DNA of 62,056 bases, counting the filler, from Squatina squatina (taxonomy: Eukaryota): NCBI GenBank assembly GCA_031763465.1. It is 3 parts of 3 records of this genome, joined end to end, with 100 filler letters (N's around TTAATTAATTAA, not from the genome) between each part and the next. Parts side by side here need not be neighbours in the genome. Positions count along the whole stretch, not along the records: positions 19,839 to 41,495 come from JARFOE010000080.1; 2 more parts are not named here. One strand, written 5' to 3'. Position numbers and translations under genes: made by a program. The notes beneath the pieces are model-generated. The model did no database searches and was not told the origin of the DNA. It worked only from the letters and a program-made list of their open reading frames with translations. Numbering within the stretch: the stretch's first letter is position 1; each line of letters opens with the position of its first letter. Below, piece after piece: positions 24,086 to 36,182 of this stretch.

Positions 24086-27000
24086 ATCATCTCTATGCAG
24101 TCATTAAACAGAGTTTATCAATAGATAATATTTCTACAAAATGTAATTGCGAATTACAAATATAAGCACATTTAACTTTATTATTCCATGACGGGTTCAG
24201 TTCACAAATCAATCATTCAATGTAAATTGCATAAAAGATGATTTTCTAACTGCTCTGATATCCTTATAGAGATGAGATGCAGAGACCTTTCATGGTGTAA
24301 GAGAAAACAGGGTAACATCATGGAAGCGTGGTACAGCAAACATAATTAAACTCTTTAACATATGAGAAATGGTAACGATTTCAACTAATGAATTGGAAAA
24401 CGTGCAATAAGTAAGGAAGTGCACTGTCTCTGTTGGATTCTCAGTAAGGCAACAATCACTGGCGCAGCATCCTGTGGGAATTCTGTCAAAACACAAGAGT
24501 AGCTCCCAAAAGACATTCACTGACGTAACGTGCCTTATTCCCATCATTTGTAGAGTCAGGAGGAAACTTTTCTTTATTGCTTTTATGTTCTGACTGAAGA
24601 ATAGAATGGAACATCAGGAATAAATGATCACAGTACAGACGTGACTTATAATAACAATGAGCTCCCTTGTCTGGTTCAGNNNNNNNNNNNNNNNNNNNNN
24701 NNNNNNNNNNNNNNNNNNNNNNNNNNNNNNNNNNNNNNNNNNNNNNNNNNNNNNNNNNNNNNNNNNNNNNNNNNNNNNNNNNNNNNNNNNNNNNNNNNNN
24801 NNNNNNNNNNNNNNNNNNNNNNNNNNNNNNNNNNNNNNNNNNNNNNNNNNNNNNNNNNNNNNNNNNNNNNNNNNNNNNNNNNNNNNNNNNNNNNNNNNNN
24901 NNNNNNNNNNNNNNNNNNNNNNNNNNNNNNNNNNNNNNNNNNNNNNNNNNNNNNNNNNNNNNNNNNNNNNNNNNNNNNNNNNNNNNNNNNNNNNNNNNNN
25001 NNNNNNNNNNNNNNNNNNNNNNNNNNNNNNNNNNNNNNNNNNNNNNNNNNNNNNNNNNNNNNNNNNNNNNNNNNNNNNNNNNNNNNNNNNNNNNNNNNNN
25101 NNNNNNNNNNNNNNNNNNNNNNNNNNNNNNNNNNNNNNNNNNNNNNNNNNNNNNNNNNNNNNNNNNNNNNNNNNNNNNNNNNNNNNNNNNNNNNNNNNNN
25201 NNNNNNNNNNNNNNNNNNNNNNNNNNNNNNNNNNNNNNNNNNNNNNNNNNNNNNNNNNNNNNNNNNNNNNNNNNNNNNNNNNNNNNNNNNNNNNNNNNNN
25301 NNNNNNNNNNNNNNNNNNNNNNNNNNNNNNNNNNNNNNNNNNNNNNNNNNNNNNNNNNNNNNNNNNNNNNNNNNNNNNNNNNNNNNNNNNNNNNNNNNNN
25401 NNNNNNNNNNNNNNNNNNNNNNNNNNNNNNNNNNNNNNNNNNNNNNNNNNNNNNNNNNNNNNNNNNNNNNNGGGTCTCTCAGACCTGCAGCCATAATTTT
25501 ACAACCAGTTACAATTGCCCTCTCATTGAGCTCAGGCATTAACAAGCAGCTACAGTTACCTGGATGTGCCTGTTTAGACCACTACTTCAAAGACAGTCCT
25601 CAAATATTGGTCTTAAAGTGACAACCCATATGAAACCCTGCTGAATCTCAGCAGCTGAACATCGTAACTGCACTTTAGACTTCTAATAATCAATGTTACA
25701 GAAGATTCAATCGTAGTCTTTTAAGGGTAGAACTTCCAACTGATGAAGTTCAGGTACGAGTGCTTAATGCACTTGTATGTATAATTTTTACACAGGCATT
25801 AATCTGATTATTTTAATTATTTTCAATCCTGCATAAAAATAAGGCAAACAGGAATTTGGTAAGAGTGCATTCCGTGTTTGTGGAAGAAACCTGACAATCA
25901 GAATTTTTACTCTACAAAATCTACATGAATCATCTTGTTCTCTTTTGCAAAGTATCAACTTTTATATAAAGACTGTTATTGAACTAAAAATAGAGTCCTA
26001 TTCATTTTCGTGTGTAATAGTTAAAGGCTATTATAGAATGTGTATTTTTAACTTTGAGGTGTTCCACCTTAATACTGACAAGCAACTCAGTAAGATCAAA
26101 CTGTCTCTAGGGCGGAGGATATCCCATTATAACTCGGGAAAGTAATGAAGACCAAATTATTTTACAGTCTCTGAGATGGAAGGTCATTTTCCTGCTTGGT
26201 AGCTGTAATGACACTGTTACAAACTTGGAAACATCAATATCAGTACCAGCAGTGTCATTTTAACACAAAAACTGATGGTATTGAGCCTCCAGCAGTGGCA
26301 AAACTATTAGCATTTTCTGCACTCACAAAGACAAGTCCTTTTCAAGCCAAGTAGGAGCACACAGCTGTGGTTGTGAGACCTCTTGCCAGATACACTTAGA
26401 CCTTGAAATTAGGCAGCATGCATATTCACGTATAAACACAACATATTTATGTGCAAATGATTTGCCTGCTCTGCCATTTTAATGGAAGGATTAACCTGTT
26501 TAACATTAATGGGTTAAAATAATGGACAAAGCAATTACATGCAAATGCTTCAACTAATCTTCACCTGGCATCTTACTAGGGTTTAAAAATGAAGGAAAAG
26601 CATACTCCAATGAACAGAAAGTTGTTTGAATTGGCTCAAATTCAGATATTCACAAACAAACCAAAACTGAATCAATTTAAGTCGTTTAAGAGGTAATTTT
26701 ATGAATTCAAATTAATGGACAGAGAATTATGGGGCATGCCCAAAATCCATATATGCACTGCCAGTAGGTGAAGCTCCACACAGAGAACACTGGGTCATAA
26801 AATTACACCTTTTATTGGTTTTNNNNNNNNNNNNNNNNNNNNNNNNNNNNNNNNNNNNNNNNNNNNNNNNNNNNNNNNNNNNNNNNNNNNNNNNNNNNNN
26901 NNNNNNNNNNNNNNNNNNNNNNTTTGATTATAGTCACTTTGTTCTCTTGTAAGCACTTATTTTAGCGACTGCTTCTTATCTGGAGGGATTCAGACATCCC

Positions 27001-27224
27001 TTCGGCAGTGTTGTTGTCTGTTTTATATTCTCTGCATCATTATCAGACACTTCTGGTATCTTAATAAAAGTGTTTGGTCTTATTGGAATTTGCTCTATTT
27101 TAGCTTTCTAATTTGTTTTCTGGTGCAGCGTGGGAAAGAAGCGAGTCATTATCCCGGAGGATAGGGTAGGCTGGTAAGGTCACGACGACAATGCAAATAA
27201 AGAACTGTGTGATTTTACAACATT

Positions 27225-27620
27225 TTGCCTCCAAGAGATTGTGGAAAATAGCTAATGCTGTTCCAGTTCCTGAAATATGATCCTGGGAATTACAGGTCTA
27301 TTAGCTTGATATTGATAGCAGGAAAAGCATTGGAGTTTATTATAAAGGAAACAATTCAGACACTTTGAAAAAAGCCTAAAGGCAATAACTCTAAGCCAGC
27401 ACAGATTTATGAAAGGCAGGCCTAAAAAAGTGACGGGAGTTCTTTGAAGATGTAACAGAATTGGTGGAGGATGATAATATGTTGGATGTTATACATCGAG
27501 ACTTTCAGAAAGCGTTTGATAAGGTGTCTCACAAGAGACTTGTAGTTAACATGAAGGCTTTTGGAGAAAAGGAAATGGTGATAAATTTAATGAAAATTTT
27601 CTAAATAACAGGAAACAAAG
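27225..27620 (+). mobile_element. CR1 LINE RT fragment, old
   Basis: WKIANAVP, DPGNYRSISL, SQHRFMKGR, DFQKAFDKVSHKRL. Confidence 0.85.
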
Positions 27621-27765
27621 CTCTCCCGTTTTCTACAAAGTAATGGACATGTAGGCCAGGGCTTTCAGTTTATGTACTTGGACCCAATGCGATTTTCTCC
27701 CTATTTGCTTCAGTGAATAGAAAATCACAGTTTGATTAGCATGGAAGGAGGAAATGTTAGCATGA

Positions 27766-28831
27766 GTGGCCGGAATTTTTACCTTTCTGACGCGCTGGTA
27801 TCGGGGGAGCCCTGGATCGCGTGGAGAACCCAGAAATTGAAGCAACGTGTCTTGCAGTGGGTTTCTAATGAAGCCACTGCATTTGCATCTGAATTCCGGG
27901 TTTCACAGCCAATTAGCGGGAGCAGGTGTGATGATGCCCTGCATGGGTCCAATTCAATTCAGGTATTTAAAGGAGCAATGCAAAGATGACAATCGAAGGT
28001 TTATGGAAGTGCAAGAGAGGTTTATTGGGAAGAGAGTGGTTTGTATTTATAGTGAATTGCTTGTTCCAAAAGTGATTTATATTGCTGGAGAATAAAAGAT
28101 GCAGGCTCAGTGCCAAAAAGCTGCCCCGAGATTTAGTGATGCCACCCGGAACTCCTGCTCCAAGGAGTCAGGGCCCGCAGGGAGGTCCTGTTCCCTGTTG
28201 GCAAGAGGAAGAGGCCAGCTGCAGACACCAAGAAGGCATGGCTGGAGATTGCGGCGGAGGTGAGAAGCAATAGTGCGGTAGCGAGGTAATGGATACAGTG
28301 TATGAAGCGCATTAATGTCCTCATTAGGTCAGGAAAGGTGAGTACAATGCCACATTCAACTACATCCTGATGGGCTTGCCACCCCAGCCCCATCACTCTG
28401 TCTTGCCAAGCCTACTTCTGTACATCACTTCTCACATAAACCGACCTTGTAGGTGCACCCATCCCTCACTGTCTATGCACTTACTCACATCCCCATCTGA
28501 TCATCCACCACTGACATTCATCCTCATCTTAATGCAATGTCATGCCTCTGCCTCATAATCACCCTCTATAGATGCTGCCCATCCATCTGTTCCACTCATT
28601 TCATGTTTCTCACTCAAAGGTCTGTTTCCCTCCTTGCAGGAGAAGAGAGCACAGACAGGTGGGAGAGGCAGAGAACCAGAGGTGACCCTCCTGTCATAAC
28701 ATCACTGACTGCAGCAGAGGAAGAGGTACTGGAGATCAGCGGAGTATTGGAGTTGATGGCAGTGGGAACAGGAGAGACGGGGGAGCTCCCAGCTACACGG
28801 TGACAGGATTAAATATCCCACAGCTACATGG
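27766..28831 (+). mobile_element. PIF/Harbinger element with a spliced Myb/SANT pseudogene
   Basis: Terminus GGCCGGAATTTT. Exon 28099-28337: AAPRFSDA/GVRARREVLFP...KKAWLEIAAEV...WIQCMKRINVLIRSGK|gtgagt. Exon 28640-28799 after tttccctccttgcag: ERQRTRGDPP...LTAAEEEVLEISG. Frameshifts and a stop are present. Confidence 0.85.
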
Positions 28832-28931
28832 NNNNNNNNNNNNNNNNNNNNNNNNNNNNNNNNNNNNNNNNNNNNNNNNNNNNNNNNNNNNNNNNNNNNN
28901 NNNNNNNNNNNNNNNNNNNNNNNNNNNNNNN

Positions 28932-29684
28932 AATCCATTGGGACCGTTCTAGAATCTAGGGAATTTTGGAAAATCACAACCAATGCAACCACTATCTCTG
29001 CAGCCACCTCTTTCAAAACCCTTGGATGTAGGCCATCAGGTCCAGGGGATTTGTTGGCTTTTAGTCCCATAGTTTCTCAAGTATGTTTTCTCTACTGATA
29101 TTACGTTCCTCGCTCTTATTAGCCCCTCAGTTCCCCACTATTTTTGATATGCTTTTTGTGTCTTCTACTGTGAAAACAGATACAATATATTTGTTTAAGT
29201 CCCTGTCATTTCCTTATTCCCCATTATAATTTCTCCTGCCTCAGCCTATAAGGGGCCATTGCTTATTTTTGCTACTATCTTCCTTTTTATATAATGTAGA
29301 AGCTCTTAAAATCCATTTTTATATTTCATACTAGTTTACTCTCATTCTACTTTCTCCCTTTTTCTAAATTTTTGGTCCTCCTTTGCTGGTTTCTAAAGCT
29401 CTTCCAACCCTCAGGCTTACTACTACTCTTTGCAACATTATCAGCCTCTTCTTTTAATCTGATACTATCCTTAACTTCTTTAATTAGGCACAGATGGATC
29501 ACTTTTACCATGGAGATTTTATTTCTCAATGGAATGTATATTGTTGAGAATTTTGGAATATTTCTTTAAATGTTTGGCACTGCTTATCTACTGTCATACA
29601 TTTTAATCTAATTTCCCAATATTCCTGAGCCATCTTGCCCCTGATACCCATGTAATTGGGTTTATTTAATTTTAAGACTCTCAT
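28932..29684 (-). mobile_element. CR1 LINE ORF2 fragment
   Basis: GLKANKSPGPDGLHPRVLKEVAAEIVVALVVIFQNSLDSRTVPMD and upstream linker. Confidence 0.92.
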
Positions 29685-29784
29685 NNNNNNNNNNNNNNNN
29701 NNNNNNNNNNNNNNNNNNNNNNNNNNNNNNNNNNNNNNNNNNNNNNNNNNNNNNNNNNNNNNNNNNNNNNNNNNNNNNNNNNNN

Positions 29785-30026
29785 CAGCAAACTGATGATT
29801 GCCATTGACTGCAATGAAGAGGTGAGCGGTAAGAACAGACTTTCATCAGCTTTGGCAAAGCTAATTGCAGAGCGGCACAAATGTGCCAACAAGCTATGGC
29901 ACAATGCAACTCATGGCATAACTTACTAGTTCCTTTATTTCCTAGAACTTTTACATGTTAACAGTTATTAACAATGGCGCACGTTGTTAATACGTCATTA
30001 CAAGTTTGCAGCAAATTCAGGCCCGT
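29785..30026. mobile_element. Harbinger-like element end
   Basis: Ends gcaaattcaggccc (reverse complement GGGCCTGAATTTGC). Confidence 0.4.
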
Positions 30027-31004
30027 TATCATACTGTTATATATCAGCTGCTTCTGGTAATATTTCAAAAATCAAACCAATTCCTACTGAATTCCATATA
30101 ATTTATCCTGTAAATTTCATGGCAAAGCTAATTAAATGTCACTTCTGATTTATGTTGAAGCATCTTAACTAGTCACAATAAATCTGCAGTCAACACACGT
30201 TGAAATATTTTCACACCTAGCCTAGCATGGATGTGGAGATTCGCGGCATCATTAACCTGCTGAACACATTAGCCATACAGCCTAGTCTTCAATTAGAGAG
30301 CGTTCAGTGAAATGCAAGCCTCCCACCTGCACCCCACAGAGCTGAAATGGAGATAGGCATGTCAGGATGGTAGTTGGGCCAAATACCATGATAGGAGTAA
30401 ATTAAAATATTTTCCATAGCATGAGGAAGTTGCTGTGGTTTATAATTGTCATTGGCTAATGTATAGTATCATTTCTGTTAATTTAATCTCATTACATTTA
30501 TCAATCACAACACAAGTAGCATAGCTGACAACTATTTTTTGCAGGGTATCTTGTATTTTCTCTAGTTTCCACACCTCCTCCATCTGCCTTAGTGGTCTCT
30601 ACACCACACTCCCACCTGGTTGAGAGCGCTGAGTGACTTGGTCCGAGGCCTATGTGGATTTTTCTGTAACAGGGCATGTGTGGCGAGAAGAATGTTGGTG
30701 TCTTCAATTTTCCATCCCTCCCATGAAAGAAAAAATCTGACCTCCTTTCTGTGCCTTTTCATGATGGTATTGAAAGTGATTGGGGAAGCCCTCATCTGGG
30801 GAATCATAAGAGGGAACAATGCTTTACCTTGTATGTCCCAGCTCTTAACTGCACCAGTGTTCTACACTGTCACCCTGTCCTGTACGTGCTCCATGGGTCA
30901 TTACTTAATTTCAATGCAGAAACCCTGCTTTCTTACTCATGTGATAAAAAGCCTGAAATATCGCCAAATGCCAACTACCCAGTACTTATCAGGGTGCATC
31001 TACC

Positions 31005-31276
31005 CTGTCAAGCCCCTTAAGAATTTTCTGTTTCAATGAGAGCCACTCTCGTTCTTCTAAACTCCAGCAAATATAGGCCTAGTCTATTCAATCTCTCCTT
31101 GTAGAATTATGCCCTCATCCCAAGAATCAGTCTAATGAACCATTGTTGCACTCCCTCTAAGTATATCCTTCCTTAGGTATGCAGATCAAAACTGCACAGT
31201 ACTCCAAGTGTGGTCTCACCAAAGCCCTATATAATTGCAGTAAGAATTCCTTACTCATATACTCCAATCCTTTTGA
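31005..31276 (-). mobile_element. CR1 LINE ORF2 C-terminal fragment
   Basis: KGLEYMSKEFLLQLYRALVRPHLEYC. Confidence 0.9.
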
Positions 31277-33639
31277 NNNNNNNNNNNNNNNNNNNNNNNN
31301 NNNNNNNNNNNNNNNNNNNNNNNNNNNNNNNNNNNNNNNNNNNNNNNNNNNNNNNNNNNNNNNNNNNNNNNNNNNNCTGAATAGGATAGGGACATATAAG
31401 CAGGACTGCCTAGATCTGCAGCCAATAGAGGAGGATGGCCAGCAAAAGCACGAGCATAACCTCAAGAGAGCTCTCCGGAATCCTCCACAGCTGCTCCTTC
31501 CAATAGGGTATCACTTAGGAACATAACAAGAGAATGAACATGGCACGCTAGTATATAAAACAGAAGAGAATAGCACAGCAGGGAATCACAAATTTGCCTG
31601 TAATTTCCCTGGGGTCCATTGGCCACTTACACCATTTCTCCAGGGATTTTGCCAATCTCCCACCACAGTTATGGCAGGGAATCAGGAAAACCCTGCAGAA
31701 ATCCAAGACCATTATGGACATCATAAGATCAGAAGATAGTTAGGAATGAGGAAGGACATTTGGACCATCTTAATTCAACAATCTAAAATAACCCTGAAGT
31801 GCATCCTTTTCAGCATCTATTTGTTTTATAAATTTTTTCAGGGATTTTGCCCCCACGACTCTATCTGGAAGTTCATTCTGCTTTTCTTCTGCACAGTTTC
31901 TCTAAGCAGGCCACATCCCTTATGATATGAAATCTTTCACAGTGACACCAAAAGAACAACACAATCACACCTTTAGTGTGTTCACACAAAATGTACCCTT
32001 CTATCTGCAAACTCTTAATGGGTGTGCCAACAATCGGCCCGTGTTTACTGTTTTAAATTAGATTTGATTTAGATCATGTCGATGTAGATTGAATCAATTC
32101 CATTTGAACGTGGTGTTTGCTTACAAAGAAACCTCAGTAATCCTATGTAAATGAGTGAGGTATTTCAATTACTCCCTGTACAGCATAGGAATGCAAGATC
32201 ACACACACAGAAGGATCATGACAGACTCAAATTTACCTTCAAGAATGATGGGCAATGAAATTCAGAGTGACATGCATGTGCTTAGTTACAGTAAGCAAAT
32301 TTGGATCAAATTTAGATTAGGTTCAGGGAAATTCTAGAATATAATTGTAATTCAGATTCGACTTGGATTGAATTGGTCTGTAANNNNNNNNNNNNNNNNN
32401 NNNNNNNNNNNNNNNNNNNNNNNNNNNNNNNNNNNNNNNNNNNNNNNNNNNNNNNNNNNNNNNNNNNNNNNNNNNNNNNNNNNATGCAGTTACATATTCT
32501 CAGCTGATAGTCTATGAGTTATGGAAAGGAAGAATGGCTTTAGATAGGGGAAATGTTGAGAAATCGGGTGAATATATCCCATTGTATTTCAGCCATTAAT
32601 TTTTATAATTCTTATAATACATTACAGGCCGATAGGGCTCTCTACCAGCAGCACAATTTTGTAAAATTTATTTTCCATCTGAGACTGTTGACTGAAATTC
32701 TTCCGAGAGACCATATATGATTTGCATCTCCATGGACCATTCTCAGTGGTCTAAGTTTTTCAATCTTAACACCAACTGTAGTCCATTTTAAATGATTTGG
32801 GCTCCCGTTGGCATTTTAATTGGAAAACCTTGGCCAATTAGTTTTCCAAAGCAGATAAAAAGATTAAACTGTGCGAAATGTTGCCCTGAGACTGAAGATA
32901 ACTAAGCAAATTCTTCAAGATGTTAATCTAACATTGCAATCTTCATTATTCAATGCTAACCAGTTGATTTCGATAAATGAGATTGCCATGCTCCCAACAG
33001 GACTGAATTGTAATGTTCCATAAGGTATTTGATCATTTAACTTTGCAGCCTGCAAACCCATTCTGAACCGTATATCTGTCTGGCTCCATTATATAATAAT
33101 TAACATGACATTAAATCAATTTCAGTTTGAGCCTATTCGACATATCTACTGTTCTGTGAGGGGAAATTCTTCTAACCTCTGGTGTTTAAGGCTTGTTAAT
33201 TTTGTATTCATGTCTACTGTGATGGACTGCGAAATAATCTAATACAGCACACTAGAACAGTATAAGATGAAGGTGACTGTGATTCTGTATTGCAATTTTT
33301 ACATAACTCAGTATTCTAAGGGTTAAGAACGCTAAACATGCTAATTGTTTTAAATATTTGTGTTGCATGTTTTAACAGATATAAAATGAAATAGTTTACA
33401 GACTCTATCTTGCATCTCAACCTCTGTGTGTTTAATTAATACTCAGCAACAAAGGGAGCAGGATGTCAGGCAGACAGGAATCTGCACCAGTTGATTAGCC
33501 TCTCATTAAAACAATTTACATGTTTCAAACTTCATGCCAGACATTGTATCTGAGCTTGGAATCCACATCCACTCATATTGTTACTGAATCTGCTTTTATC
33601 ACACTTTCATAACTTGCTGTGTAAAAAAAAAAAAAATTC

Positions 33640-33856
33640 TCATCTCTTGCCATTTATTTTAAATATGTGTCCTCTGGTTACCAAACCTCCTGTCAATGGA
33701 ATCAGTTTCTCCTTATTTACTCCACCAAAAACCCCTCATAATTTTGAACATCTCTATTAAATCTCCCCGTAACCTTCTCTGCTCTAAGGACAGCAATCCC
33801 AGCTTCTCCAGTCTCTCCACATAACTGAAGTCCTTCATCCCCGCTATCATTCTAAC
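33640..33856 (-). mobile_element. CR1 LINE ORF2 C-terminal fragment
   Basis: RMIAGMKDFSYVERLEKLGLLSLEQRRLRGDLIEMFKIMRGF. Confidence 0.92.
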
Positions 33857-35734
33857 TGTGAAGGTTTTAAACAGAAAAGGTTTATATGATGCATGTTCAG
33901 AGCTGACATTAGATGAATGGAAGGAACGGGACTCTAAGCAGACAAAACCAACACGAGGGACAGTGGGAAGCTGCCATAATGTATATTGTGGNNNNNNNNN
34001 NNNNNNNNNNNNNNNNNNNNNNNNNNNNNNNNNNNNNNNNNNNNNNNNNNNNNNNNNNNNNNNNNNNNNNNNNNNNNNNNNNNNNNNNNNNNNNNNNNNN
34101 NNNNNNNNNNNNNNNNNNNNNNNNNNNNNNNNNNNNNNNNNNNNNNNNNNNNNNNNNNNNNNNNNNNNNNNNNNNNNNNNNNNNNNNNNNNNNNNNNNNN
34201 NNNNNNNNNNNNNNNNNNNNNNNNNNNNNNNNNNNNNNNNNNNNNNNNNNNNNNNNNNNNNNNNNNNNNNNNNNNNNNNNNNNNNNNNNNNNNNNNNNNN
34301 NNNNNNNNNNNNNNNNNNNNNNNNNNNNNNNNNNNNNNNNNNNNNNNNNNNNNNNNNNNNNNNNNNNNNNNNNNNNNNNNNNNNNNNNNNTTTCCTTTGC
34401 AATCTCAAGGAGGATATACAATTCCAAGAAGAAAAACAATAACCAAGCAATATCTGCCATGTAATTCTGATGGAAGAGCGCAAGCCAGCACTTATCCATT
34501 GCAAAGCCAGCAAGCACCAGTGGAGGCAGACAAAAGAGACACCTGAGAATCATGGTTTTAATGACCCATCTTGAATAGTTACATGCTGAAGAGTTGTCCC
34601 TTGGTAGCAGCAAGACTAATGTTTTGGACATGAGCCATGGTAAGTGTACTGGGTTGAGCAGTTACAAATGCCAGTACAGACAATGGAGAAGATGCTTGCA
34701 CAAAAGAATTTGATTTATCTCCCGGTTGAATCATCGCAGCCCTTTCCAGCTTGATCAAAACTCAATGAGAATCAGAATTTGACAGTCTTCAGGAACTGAA
34801 AGTCTGTGCCAAAAACTGAGGCACTGAATAAATTACAACTGTAGGGAGAAATGGCCTCTGACCATACTTAGTATTCGTGTAGGTTTTAAATTGTTGCTTT
34901 TTTCAACCAAAGTGTGTGATTTCTGCATTAGAGTGTGCAATTCACTCAAATACATGGTCTGGGAAGACAAGAATGGTGCTGGGCTGACTTTAACACTGAC
35001 ATGTGGAGTAGAAGGAGTGTGTACAGTGCATATCCTGATAGTGACACACTGAGTGAGTTTTAAATAGGAAGCAGCAGGTTCAATCAGATGCTCTGTCAGT
35101 GAGTTGCACACTCTGGCACNNNNNNNNNNNNNNNNNNNNNNNNNNNNNNNNNNNNNNNNNNNNNNNNNNNNNNNNNNNNNNNNNNNNNNNNNNNNNNNNN
35201 NNNNNNNNNNNNNNNNNNNTGCACTCTTGGGTTAGAATGTCCTTGGTCCTTGATTAAGAATGACCTTGGTTGTTATCACTCCAAGCATGCTCCGATACTA
35301 CATGGATCCCATCCAAATTAGAATAGGCAACTCTCATTACATTGAGCAAAACCTTCACAAAACTCAAAAAGAAACGCATTCTAAGTAAGAATATTGTTTT
35401 TTTTATGGACTAAACCCATATTTAATTTCTTGTTATTTATATTTTCATCACAAAATGTCATCTGAGCAACTTGTGGGTTCATTTTCTGTACCACAATGAA
35501 AGTATGCAAACAATTATATAAGCAATCAACTGAAAATAAGAACATACAGCAAATCCGGTAGTCCAGAATTTTGGGTTTAAAAGTTTGGCTTTGGCTATGT
35601 CGAACATCAGAAATTTAAAATTCTGTTAAGAGAGAGACAACATTTAGAACTTGAAGTATATTGTCAGTTAAACCTTTACAAAGCAAGCCATTTTATAGTA
35701 TGCAAACCATTTAATAATTGTTACCATGTCAGCT

Positions 35735-36040
35735 TGCAACCTTGAGTCAGAAGGTTGTAGTTTCAAGCCTCACTCCAAGACTTAAGCTTACAATCTAGGT
35801 TCAGACTTGAGCGGAGTATTGAGGGAATGGTGCCTTGTCAGTGATGCTGCTTACAGGGTAAAACATTAAACCCAGGCCTTGTCTGCCTGTCCAGGTGGTT
35901 GTAGATTCTATTGTACTCCAAAGAAGAAAAGGGAGTTCTTTTGGTGTCCTGGCCAACAGACTTCTCTTCAAGCAACACTATCAAAAACAGATGAATTGAG
36001 TTTTCATCTAAGTCGTCTATGTGAGATCTTGTTGTGCGCT
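35735..36040 (+). mobile_element. Deu-SINE, decayed
   Basis: ttgagtcagaaggttgtagtttcaagcctcactcca...ggtgtcctggccaac...gatcttgttgtgcgc. Confidence 0.75.
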
Positions 36041-36182
36041 ATGGGTACCAAGGGATATGGAGCAAAGGCAGAAACATTTGCAGGACTATAGGGAAATGGC
36101 AGGATCGGACTAATTGGATAGATCTTTCAAAGAGCCAAAACGATGGGCTCCTCCTGTGCTGTATTATTCTATGATTCTATGA
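36041..36182 (+). mobile_element. CR1 LINE 3' end
   Basis: aagggatatggagcaaaggcag...gatgggctcctcctgtgctgta followed by an (ATTCTATG)2 tail. Confidence 0.75.
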
